From NCBI RefSeq assembly GCF_001194135.2, contig NC_068990.1, positions 33,904,349 through 33,968,348 on the forward strand: DNA of 64,000 bases, in the 5' to 3' direction. Under the pieces are notes generated by a model. The model saw only the letters and a program-made list of their open reading frames with translations, searched no databases and was not told where the DNA came from. Origin of the DNA: Octopus bimaculoides (lineage: Eukaryota). Shown in pieces: positions 27,594 to 40,042 of this stretch (the stretch's first letter is position 1; every line of letters begins with the position of its first letter). Both the position numbers and the translations under genes were made by a program.

Positions 27594-30320
27594 CCCTTTA
27601 GTGTTCAGATTAATTTGTCAAATACAATGATTATCTGTTCACATTAATTTTGATTTATTCAGGTTCAGGTGGGGTGTCCACAATATTTGCTTGTAACTTT
27701 GTTAATTTTCTACATACAGATTTGAAATTTTGTAAATGGGTGCTTATATGCCAGTGGTTTATAGTTACATAATTTTAGCTGATATTTCCGATTAAATTTG
27801 ACTTTATGGACAGGTAAATTTAATTAACAGGTGTAAAAACAATAACATTATGAATAAACACTAAAATTCATATTCTTAATACATCTTAGCTGTTTGGTTT
27901 GTTACTAAAATTATTCCATATGTCAACTGCCAACAATTTTACATTTTTCAAGATGAGGTACATTAATTTGAACTAATTAAAATACAGGTGTAATCGGTAC
28001 AAGATTTAATTCTTTCTCTATATTTCATTCAAAAATTTTCATTGAAAGACTGCAAAAGGGTATCAAATTGAGACTTCATATATGTGTTCCTTTTGCAAAG
28101 TGCCCTTGTGTAAAGGGTGCTTTGGGCAGTTTCATGACAGAAATTTGTCATAACTATATTATTTTGTAACTATACTATTTTATCAAATATTCCTTTTCAT
28201 TTTATTATAAATAATATGTGAAAGCCCAATTTACCATTGGCTATGTACTCTTCTACAATTTAATGAATTCATTTATGTCACAGAATGCATCTAATAAAAA
28301 AGCTCATTGATAGGTAAGACAAAGGTGAATACAGGAGTGTAACATACTGAAAATTAATCTGTAGTTCTCACTTTCACATATTATTTATAATAAAATGAAA
28401 AGGAATATTTGATAAAATAATATATTTACGACATATTTCTGTCATGAATCTGCCCAAAGCACCCTTTACACAAGAGCATCATTTAGCAAAAGGAGCACAT
28501 ATACGAAGTCTCAATCTGATACCCTTTTGCAGATTTTCGTTTTTGCAGTGAACACAGTCTGCAAACTTTTTTTTCTTCCATTTATCTTTTCAACTTTATG
28601 AAAGTCAGTATTTTCTCCGTTGACATCTGCCTCAGTTAATTTTACTTTTCTCACGTAACTGAGATGTGATGTCAACCTGAAATTTCAAATGGTCATAGTC
28701 CTTTGGTGGTGGAGGTACCTTGTGGCTTTTTACATATACAATATATGAATTAACTATAGTTAAATTAACTAAAAACACGAAATGTACCTCCACTATTTCT
28801 TCCCAGGTCGACCAACTGGGTAATATGCCCAATATTGGTCAGATTTATCAACCCCACCCATAAATTTGTTATAACAAATATTCACTAGGCGTTTTCCCTC
28901 AGCACTAACACCAGATTGTTCATTAGTAGACAGAAATAAAATCTGTTTTTTGTTTTTGAAAGTAGTAGCTAATAAATTTTCCTTTACCATTTGTAAAATG
29001 TCCCCTCGCTTTTTTTTTTACTTTGTTTTCATTTCATGGGTAAACCTTTATGGTTACTCATAATAGTACTGCACATATAAGTACTTACATGGGCAAGATT
29101 TTCTGCCAAAGCCACTGAAGAAAAAAATGGTCAAAATAGAGGTGTTTGTGCTGATGGTGAAATGGTTCAGTAAGAGACCATACTACATCATGTCTCAATC
29201 CACATGGTCTGTTTCCATTAAATTTTTTACCTGTGTAAACATCAAAGTTTACTCAATATCCAATGTCTGATTCACAAACTTCCCATTCCTTGATCCCCAC
29301 TTTAATGGGTTTGGCAGGAATGTACTGCCGAAAATGTACTCTGCCTTTATAGCCTATCATGGCTTCATCTACACTGAGATTTTTCCCCAGGTAGATACAC
29401 AGTTTTATAACTGTTAAAGAGTAAATCAATTACAGGACGTATTTTGTACAGGGGATCGTAGTTTGGGTCATTTTTGCTGGGGGCATTAGCAGAATCAATT
29501 AATTGTAAATACTGAGATATTTTCAAATACCTCGTCTTTGAGATTATTCTTGAGATATATGGATCACCATACCTCATACCAGGACTCCAGGAGTTCCACA
29601 GTCGAGGAAGCTGTTTAACACCAAACATAATATTGATTGTGAAAAATGCTCATTTCCGCAGTATAAGTTGGCTGCCAGAGTGGATCTTTTCTTCCATGAA
29701 TAGAAATTATATGTTGCACATATTTGTTTGTTTCCTCCATAGCATTTTCAAAAAAACTTTCTGGTAAAAACAAAAATTGACAGTTCAATGGTTGAGCATC
29801 AGGAGGTAAATTGTGTTAAGGATCAGTGTTTTCTGTGAAATCAGGAATAGTGAATGGCACTGTAATCTTTGACCATGTTGCCATGTTTACAATATCATTT
29901 TCTTCACTTTCATTCTCAAAATTCTCCTCGTCTGACGAATATTCACTAATATCGATATCAGATTTGTCCAAAGACAAAATACTCATGTTTTCATTTATAT
30001 TTTCTATATTGTCGAGAGTAAAACCTTCATAGGTGGAATCAGTACTTGCTGATACCATTTCATTAAAAACTAAGGTACAGACTTCTCTTTAGACGTTGCA
30101 AAAACCCTGTGGTCTAAACAATTTCACAGTATTTATACTTGAATAAAGGTGGGGAAAGGCTTCATCTCACATTGTCTCAAAGCTATGGGAATTCAATAAC
30201 GTGATTTGTTTATTTTTTAGCGATTTTGTAGAGTAGTCAGATACGGCTGGATTTGGCTGGTTTGAACAAATAAAAGGGAATTAATTTTGGCTGGTTTTGG
30301 CCAGTTTGATCAGTAAAGGG
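27594..30320 (-). mobile_element. Decayed full-length piggyBac DNA transposon (PGBD-type transposase)
   Basis: TTAA at 27590-27593 followed by CCCTTTAGTGTTCAGA, and TTTGATCAGTAAAGGG followed by TTAA at 30321-30324, giving imperfect TIRs. Fragmented transposase from ATG 30058 to about 28430 with SVDEAMIGYKGR, HLYFDHFF and YNKFMGGVDKSDQ (the DDD triad) and a C-terminal CRLC...CSFC...CKGCFGQIH Cys-rich domain. Multiple stops and frameshifts. Confidence 0.9.
28050..28532. repeat. Long inverted repeat (arms 28050-28224 and 28371-28532) formed from the piggyBac transposase 3' end
   Basis: Left arm ctgcaaaagggtatcaaattgagacttcatatatg...aataatatgtgaaag is the reverse complement, with scattered substitutions and short indels, of the right arm ctttcacatattatttat...tctcaatctgatacccttttgcag. 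Spacer about 146 bp. Confidence 0.92.
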
Positions 30321-30499
30321 TTAAATCTTCATCCAATTTTAAATCAGCCAGGTGTGTTCATCGTTGTGCAGTGAAGTTAGATTTTATTTGCCTCATTTCT
30401 GTTGTTCTAAATAGAATTTACAAAATATGTTCACAAAATTTATTAATTCTATCTTTTTCAGAGCAGAACTCACAAAAGTGAATACTACCAGTGAAAAAG

Positions 30500-30530
<31 letters not shown>

Positions 30531-31724
30531 TAAAAAGTTGTTGTTCTGCATGTGTTTTACAGATTTCCAAAATATCATCTGTAATTTCTAGTATACTAAA
30601 TTTTTGAAGAGTTGGTGTGAATTCATGTCCTTTACAGAATAAAGGTAACATCTATTTGCATAGATGTTAATTCCTTGTTGTGATAGTTGGATTATTTATG
30701 GTTTCTCAGGAGTGGGTTCCATCTTATGCCAATGTGATTCCAGGTTTTGATCTAAGAATTGATTAAGAGTCCCCAGCTTTTATTTCCTTTATTTTGGAAT
30801 CTGCTTCTTCTAAAGTTAACATTCCTACTTGTTGATCTATCCCTTTGATTATGTAGAAAATTGCATGTGATCCTCCAAATTTTAAAATCTATTTCTTCTA
30901 ATATTCGATTTCTTACTTGCTCATCTATCTCTATATCTGGAAGGTGATGGATATCACTGCAGAAGCCTAGTTCTCTTATAATCAAAAGCTATATCTAACT
31001 TTTGCCTCTTTCTTTATTTTTGGTAATTGTGGCTTTGGGATAATTTTATTGGAAGGCTTCAACATAGCTTTTCACACTCTCGGTTTTCTGTAAGAATTGG
31101 TTTCAAAAGTGTATTCCTTTTTAAATTGCTTCTTGTAGCTTAAAAACAATTCTCATTTTTTTCCCAATTTCTGTAATGATAACAACTTTTTTTCTTTTCA
31201 CATTCTTACCTCTATAATTTGCAAACTTGATCCAGTAAATTCACACCAGTTACATTTAGAATTTTCACTTTTCATGTTCTCATCAATATCTTTGTATTTC
31301 TCTTCATTTGCGTCTTTTCGCATGTTCAATAATTCATTGTCAAGAAACAAATTTTGACATAGGTTTTTTTCCTATTATTCAGGCACTTTATTTACAGTCT
31401 TGAGTCGTAATTTTCTTGCTAAACTCAGTGAAAATGAGACTGTTCAGCATTTGCAAATTTCTGCTTTGTTTTGATTCATCAGCATATTCTGAAAAGCAAA
31501 TTTTCTTAAACTAAAGATTTTGTTGTATGCATAACTTATTCAGCTTTTTGTATGAAACGTAACTTTGAGATTATGCTGAAATTCTTTTCTAAGTGATAAA
31601 TTACTTCCTGGTTTTCTTTGAATAGTTGTTTTGATATTTGAAATAATATTTCTATGTTATTACTGACCTGAATTTTTTTTTTTTGTTTTTTGTTGCATAC
31701 TGGGTTGTAAATCCACGAAATAGA

Positions 31725-32110
31725 TATATGGACATCATAGATACTACACGGATACCATAGATTCTACATGGTAAATGGATGCTAGAGTGTAAATGGAAAT
31801 CACAGGCAGGACTTGATTATTGCAGATACTACATGAGAATCAGCATAATAGGCACTACAGTGGATATCATAAATATAATATGACCATCACAGACACTTCA
31901 ACATGATAGACATAGACACTACATAGATAACACAAACACTACATGAGTATCACAGAAAACACATGGACATCACAAACGCTACATGGATATCTTAGACACT
32001 AACTAGACATCACAGGCACTATATAGACATCATAAATTCTTTATGATGGACATCAGAGACACTATCAAGATTTCAGAGATAACACATACATATCCTAAAT
32101 ACTATGTGGA
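31725..32110 (+). repeat. Degenerate minisatellite, about 20-bp unit (consensus about CACAGACACTACATGGATAT)
   Basis: Repeated catagatactacacggatac, cacaaacactacatgagtat, cacaaacgctacatggatat and cacaggcactatatagacat. Confidence 0.8.
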
Positions 32111-32277
32111 TATAAAATAATACCCTGCAATTTAGTCTTGCATAGAATTTGCATTTAATGTTTCTGATAGATTTGGTAGAGAACCAGATTAAATGAGGTA
32201 TTTAATGTTAGGGAGCTAAAGCTAAGAAACCCTAAATGTTCTTAGTTTGAATTACCTGACATAGACATTGTAATTTA

Positions 32278-32705
32278 CTAGGGCACGTAGCTCGAATGTC
32301 AGGTGATCGATTACCAAAATGATTGCTCTTTGGTGAGCTGCAAAAGGGAATGCGTTCACAATGCAGCCAGAAGAAGCGCTTTAAGGACACACTGAAAGCC
32401 TTCAACATCAACCATGCAACTTGGGAGCAGTCTGCTCTAGACAGAGAAAGATGGTGATCAGCTGTCCACAAGGGTGCCAATACATGCGAGACAAATAGGA
32501 TTGCTGCTGCAGAAGATTGCAGACAAGCCAGGAAGAACAGAGCTAACAACCCTATAACAGGCACTACCATTCCCTGTCCACACTGTTAAAGAATCTTTCG
32601 GGTGCAGATTGGCCTCACTAGCCATCTGCGGACTCACAAAAAATGCCCACCCCCACCCCAGGATGACTAGATGGTCTTTGTTGCATCGACGGACAAACTA
32701 CATAC
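32278..32705 (+). mobile_element. Second copy of the same BovB-like RTE LINE 3' end
   Basis: Closely similar to 20722-21160 along its length (gggcacgtagctcg...ggatgactagatggtctttgttgcatcga). 5'-truncated. Confidence 0.85.
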
Positions 32706-33691
32706 TACAATTTACCTTTATGGAGTATGGTCAGCAAATACACCTAGATGTCAAACACTAAGGTATATATGGCTGTTTATTTCAGGTTTTGTACCTCTAC
32801 TGTTATTGTTCTCTCATGATATGCCAATTAAACAGTAATAATAAATATCAATGCCTGAAAATTTTGGGGTAAAATGTTAATTGATTTGATTGACACCTGT
32901 ACCCAACTGGTACTTATTTTCTGGGTCCCCTAAAAGTCAAAAGACACAGTTGACCTTAGTGGCTCTTGAATTCAGAATGTAAAGCTAAAAGAAATGCCGT
33001 AAAGCATTTTTGTCTGACATGTTGTCAGTTCTTTCAGTTCACCAGCTTTGTGATAATAACAACAATAATCCTTTCTACTAAAGGCACAAGGCCTGAAATT
33101 TTTGGGGAATGGATACTAGTCGATTACATCGACTCCAGTGTTTCACTGGTACTTAATATATCGACCCTGAAGGAATGAATGGCAAATTGACCTCGGCACA
33201 ATTTGAACTCAGAACGTAAGTGCGGGCAAAATTAAGTACCAGTTGCGTACTGAAGACCAATCTAATTGACTGCCCCCCCCCCCCCAGAAAAAAAAATTTG
33301 GGGTGTCATGCCTAGAACAGAAAAGAATTTCTGGGGATGGGGTAAGTCGATTACATTGACTCCAGTGCTCAACTGATACTTATTTTACTGATCCCGAAAG
33401 GATGGAAGACAAAGTCAGCCTTGGCAGAATTTGAACTCAAAACGTAAAGACATGAAATGCCACTAAGCATTTTGCCCAGCTTGCTAATGATTCTGCCAGC
33501 TCACTGCTGGCAGGATTATTAGCTTTCGTTCTGTTGGTCAAAAAAGTCATCAACAGCAATAATCAAGGTCATAGAAATAGAAGGGGAAAAAAGAAAATTG
33601 TAAGTCATTTAATTATCAAACATTATATTAAAGCTTTTATAACCTTTCAAAACAGTTTTACAACTTATCCATTTGCTTGGCTAAGTCAGGT

Positions 33692-34081
33692 TGTTGTTGT
33701 TGTTGGCACTCCATCACTTATGACGTCGAGGGTTCCAGTTGATCCGATCAACGGAACAGCCTGCTTGTGAAATTAACGTGCAAGTGGCTGAGCACTCCAC
33801 AGACACGTGTACCCTTAACGTAGTTCTCAGGGATATTCAGCATGACACAGTGTGACAAGGCTGACCCTTTGAATTACAGGCACAACAGAAACAGGAAGTA
33901 AGAGTGAGAGAAAGTTATGGTGAAAGAGTACAGCAGGGTTCGCCACCATACCCTGCCGGAGCCTCGTGGAGCTTTAGGTGTTTTCGCTCAATAAACACTC
34001 ACAACGCCCGGTCTGGGAATCGAAACCGCGATCCTATGACCGCGAGTCCACTGCCCTAACCACTGGGCCATTGCGCCGCCC
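33692..34081 (-). mobile_element. Full-length tRNA-derived SINE with a 13-bp TSD
   Basis: The minus-strand head ggcgcaatggcccagtggttagggc...gcggtttcgattcc carries A/B boxes. TSD ggctaagtcaggt at 33679-33691 and 34082-34094. (AAC)n tail. Same family at 25365-25745 (+) and 48780-49140 (-). Confidence 0.9.
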
Positions 34082-36161
34082 GGCTAAGTCAGGTAATGTC
34101 AAATAAAAACAAGTCCTTTTAGGCAGGCAGTATGTAACAGAATATGTTTTGTTTAACCCCAGCTCATCTCTGTTATAGCCAAAGACATGCCATCCTGTCT
34201 TTTCGTTTTCAAATACAATGAATCGAGGACCATACATTAACTAATGTGACCTTCCTTTCGTTTTTCACGGCAGTAGGTTGTTATGTGAAGAAGATTTGGC
34301 TGCTATTTTTAGCTGATCCAGCAATCAAGTAAAGGCTCATATCTTTCTGCAAAGAATATGGAAGAGTTATTATCTTTGGCTAGCGAATTCCCTAAAGGTT
34401 GTGCCTTCTCAAATGCAATAATGGTATTTGTTCAGTTTGAAAATATAATCTCTCCTAAGGTACAGCAGCAGCCCTGGTAGTGAAAGGAAACCTTACAACT
34501 TGATGCAAGAAGATTTCTATAGAAACAAAGAATGGATTGAAAATATTAGTAATAAAAATAAGAATAATGATGCTGAGGAACAGAGAAATGATGAGCACAT
34601 TATTTACAATAATAACGGTGATACGATGGTGATAAGAATGACAACCGATGTTATGATGATGATGGTGATGATGGTAGTGGTATTGGTGGTGATGAATAAG
34701 AAATTTAAAATCTGTAAGACAGAAAAATAGACAGTATTAAGGGAAGAGCAAGAAAAAGGAGAGGAATTGACTGCTAATGAAAATGGATTACCAGTTTCAG
34801 AATGTTTAAGAGATATAAGAGGAAGAATATAAAGGGATTAAGGAAGTTGGAGATGCAATGAAGAAGATTATCACTAATAAGTGATACTAAAAAGGGGGAC
34901 AAGTTTATATGTATAGCAGTGAGTGAAGTTAATGATATTGTGAGAAATGATACAAGGATATAACAACTCTGATACTAATTATGTGTTAGATTGCACTGAT
35001 GGAGTTATCACAGATGTAATGAGTGCTGATTCTACGAGAACATTGCGAAAACAACAGGGGAACCAGAGGAGCAGAAAGGCTAGAAATGAATTAACTCAAA
35101 AGCAATCCAAGTGCATTCCAACCAAAGAACTATTAAACATTGCATTCTCGTTCTTAGGAAAATTCTAACCAAGAGGGAAAACAGCCAAACTGAAATACGA
35201 TTTTCATCTCAAGCAACTTTCACTCTTTACATATATACATACACATACATACACACACACACATACACACAAACATACTTACATACACAAAACACATTCA
35301 TGCATACACATACACACACACAAACACATACATATATACATATACACACACATACATACATGCACAAACACATAAATACATACACACACATACGGAGACC
35401 CCCTTCGGTCATGAATGACCATGGGATTGCACCTAGAAAGTTCCCTTCCAAGGCTCAAGTCCGGGCAAGGTTGTTTATGGAAGACCAGCAGTTGCCCATG
35501 CATACCAGTCTCCCCTCTCCATGCCACCAGTGTTATCCAAGGGAAAGGCAAAGGTCGATACAGCTTGGCACATGTGACGTCGCAACTCATTTCTACAGCT
35601 GATTGAACTGGAGCAACGTGAAATAAAGTGTCTTGCTCAAGAACACAACACGCAGCCTGGTCCAGGATTCGAACTCACAACCTCAAAGTTATAAGATCAA
35701 CGCTCTAACCACTGAGCCATGTGCCTTCACTTACAAACATACACACAAACTTACATCCATACATACATATAGGGAAACCATGGAGACACACTGTTGACAA
35801 TTTCTCTTAGGATGAAACAGTGCAGTCCAGTATTCTCAATTTGCTTCACTCATGGGGCGGTTATCTACCCTGTCAGTATATATAAATGTGCTTCTATACT
35901 ACTATAAGTGGTTTAACTCTTATTTCTAGCAATATATGTGCTTGTAGCAAATACAGTCACAATTAGTGATGACTAAATTTTGCCTATACAATTTATATTG
36001 CACCCAGTTGCCCAAATTAATTACACACACACACATATTTATATATATTACATGTAGAAGGTTGGAAAGTAACACATGAGTTGATATGTATAAGAAAAAC
36101 AGGACAAGGTGCAAAATGCTAAAATAATTTATATATATATATATATTACATATATGTGTGT

Positions 36162-36192
<31 letters not shown>

Positions 36193-36932
36193 TACATATA
36201 TGTGTGTTTGTGTGTCTGTATTTGCTCCCCCCAACATCGCTTGAGGCTGATAGAATAAGTACTAGGCTTACAAAGAATAAGTCCTGGGGTCGATTTGCTC
36301 GACTAAAGGTGGTGCTCCAGCATGGCCGCAGTCAAATGACTGAAAGAAGTAAAAGAGATATATAAGAGAGAGAGAGAGAAGGGAATCTTGTTTGCCAGCT
36401 CTATAAATAGATGTGCTTTTATGCATCATGTATCCACATGAGAGATGTTCTCAAGGTGAATAATGCAGTAATTGGCGTTTTAACAAAACATCTTAAGATG
36501 GATATAAAGATTGTCCTTTGATAGTAATACTGCTTCTGTCACTATTACATATAAACATATATATATATAAACAATATCAAACATATATTGCATGCATGTA
36601 TGCGTGCATGTATGAGGGGTGCTGAAAAATTTCTGACTTTGGGTAAAAGAACATGCAGGAGGATCAGTTAATTATGGCTTTTTTCAAGGTATTCCATTCT
36701 CAGACCCACACACTTATTGCAGTGGTCCTTCGGTTTTTTTTAAGCCCTATAAAAGAACTCAGAATCTTGCTTCCTATTGATGTGGTCTCAGATTCAATCC
36801 TGCTGCACAGTATCTTGGGCAAGTATCTTCTACTTTTGCCCTGGGCCAATGAAAGCTTTGTGAGTGGATTTGGTTGACAAAAGCTAAACTGAAAGAAGTC
36901 CATTGCATATATGCATATGAATATATGTATAT

Positions 36933-36979
<47 letters not shown>

Positions 36980-38112
36980 TATGTGCACCTTCCTCTTGGC
37001 ATCATGTGATGATTGCAAATGAGTATCGTTATAATACAAGTGAGGTTATTCCTTTCCAGTCTTCTATGTTCGGTAACAGGGAAATATTACCTTGATAGGA
37101 AACAGGTGAGGGTTGGTGACAGGAAAGGCATTTAACCACAGAAAATCTGCTTCAAAAAAGTGTCTGACCCATGCAAGCATGGAAAAATGGATGCTGGAAT
37201 GAAGATGATTATCATTCATCATCAATTTACGTCTACTTTCTATGCTGGCATGGGTTAGATGGTTTAAATGAAATTGGTAAACTGGAGAACTACACCAGGT
37301 TCCAATTTGATTTGGCATGGTTTCTATGGCTGGATGCCCTTCCTAATTCCAACCACTCCAAGAGTGTAATGAGTGCCTTTTACGTGCCACCGACACGGGT
37401 ACCAGGTATGTGTCATTGGTGTCAGCCATGACTACGATTTCACTTGGCTTGATGAGTCTTCTCAAGCATGACATATCACCAGAGGTTTCGGTCACTTGTC
37501 ATTACCTCCACGAGGCCCAGCGTTCAAAGGGTGCTTTTTATGTGCCACCCACATGGGTGCCAGTTATGTCACATGGGCATTAGCCATGACTACAATTTCA
37601 CTTGGCTTGATGAATCTTCCCAAGCACAACATATCACGAAAGGCTTTGGTCACTTGTCATTGCCTCCATGATGATGATGATGATGACAATAACAACGATG
37701 ATGAAGATGATTACAATGATGATGATGATGATGATATAGATATATAAACAACCAACCACTCCTATGTTCTCTCATATAATACAGAACACAAATAAGTAAT
37801 TATTACGTGTATTATGTAAAACGATGGTGTGGATGAATTTCTATATGGATTTTATAATAAAATTGAGTCAATCCAGGTAAGAACTGAAAATGGGCAGTAG
37901 GATACCATTTTGCCAAAATATTACAAATCTACCCACTACCACTTCCACCACCTTTGACAGTAAAAACAACAGCCATCGCTTCCAAGTGTGAATGACCAGG
38001 TAACATGTACCATGTTTCTGCTAGCTGTTGAGGCACCAATGTAGTTGCGAACAGACACTGATACCCTCTTAGCCCTCCTACTCTTAAAGTAGAACACTCA
38101 GGATGGGACAGC

Positions 38113-38168
<56 letters not shown>

Positions 38169-38210
38169 TAGAGACGAATATAAATTTATATATTATTTAT
38201 TATTATTTAT

Positions 38211-38241
<31 letters not shown>

Positions 38242-40008
38242 CATAATAGAGTAAAAATACAAACAGACAGAACAACTGGTATCAGGTTAGATTATAACAA
38301 TTATATCTTTGTACATGGTGATTGAGTTGTTATATGAGTATAGATCATAAGAAGGAAGGAAATGATAAAGTGTATAGGAAAAAGTATATACTTTTATATA
38401 TATATATATACAACAGGTTTCCACACAGTTTCCATCTACCAAATTCATTCACAGGGCATTGGCCAGCTTGGGGATATAGCAGAAGATACTTGTCCAAGGT
38501 GAACCTGAAGTCACTTGGTTGCAAAAAGAGGTTCTCACTCACACAGCCATGCATGTGTCTACAGATGCTTAAGATTAAAAAAATAATAATAAAAGTTAAA
38601 GGTGGAATCTATAAGAAAGGAAAACTAATTTAAAAATCAATTTAAAGTTGAAAAAAAAATATAGATTGTCCATTCCCTTTGCACAATGCAATTATGTTTG
38701 AAATGGGTTCATACAACATCTCTATTGGATAGATACGACAGTTTCTAACCTACTTAGCTGTCATAGAATATACCCTGACTAAAATCTGATAAAAATCATG
38801 TGAATTTGGCAAGGAAATGAAGATGGCAATGATCTTAATCCAATCAGATCACTTATATAATGACTATAATCAATCAGTTAAGAAAATAACTGAAAGGTGT
38901 AGCTAGAAATTGGTTGAAATGTAAAAGGAAATACAAATAAAAGATAATTTATTTTGAATCAGAGGAAACTGAAAAAAATTTAGAGATATATTCAATGGTG
39001 TAAAATATCAATTTGTGAAAATCTATTACAATTTCGGCAAAAATAGATCTTGCTAAAGAAATAATAAGAATAATCTTTTATTCTTTTATTCTTTAACATA
39101 TTTTGGTCATTGGACTGCAATCATGTTAAGGTACCACATTGAAGTGTTTACTCAATCAAATTGAATCCAGTAGTAATTATCTTTTTAAGTCTGACAGTTA
39201 TTCTATCAGCCTGTTAAATTATAAGGACATAAACAAACCAACGTTGGTTATCAAGTAGTTGAAGGGCAAACAGCAACATCTACACATGTATAGAATCACA
39301 GAATGGACTAAACAGAACAGGAGGAGATACATGAGATGGAGAGTCACTGAAGAGGTCACATGACGTGTGACAAAATATTTCAGACAACGATACTAAAATA
39401 AGAGCAATAATAATAAAGCTGAAGTGAAGAACAAGTATATAGAACATGAGGTTGAATGGCATGACCATCCCCAGATATATGCATAGATATGTATATGAAA
39501 TTGCTTCTATAACGTTTCTGTAAACTAAGCTCACTCACAAGACATCGGTCAGCCCAGAAAACATTTGTTCAATGTGTTGCACAGTGAAACAAAAGCACAC
39601 AGTTGCAGAGTAAACTTCTTAACCACACAGCTATCCCTGCACCTATATGGGAAGGTCTTGTTCTCATATCATCTAAAACTGATTTTCTTCATGTGCTGTT
39701 TCATCTACAATTTAATCCCTGTGCAATACCTTCTGTTAGGGGTAGATTACAGATATTGACAGTAAACTGTAGGTTTTGAGACGTTTTTAAAAGAGGTAGT
39801 TACAACTGCTTTAGATCATTATAATTTTATTATATTATTATACTAGGCGCAGGAATGGTTGTGTGATAAGTAGCTTGCTTACCAACCACATGGTTCTGGG
39901 TTCAGTCCCACTGCATGGCACCTTGGGCAAGTGTCTTCTACTATAGCCTCAGGCCGACCAAAGCCTTGTGAGTAGATTTGGTAGACGGAAACTGAAAGAA
40001 GCCTATCA

Positions 40009-40040
<32 letters not shown>

Positions 40041-40042
<2 letters not shown>

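Noticed and set aside
34500-35168. Short plus-strand ORFs rich in N/D/E/M
   Set aside because: Low-complexity (GAT/AAT) sequence with frequent stops and no recognisable family.
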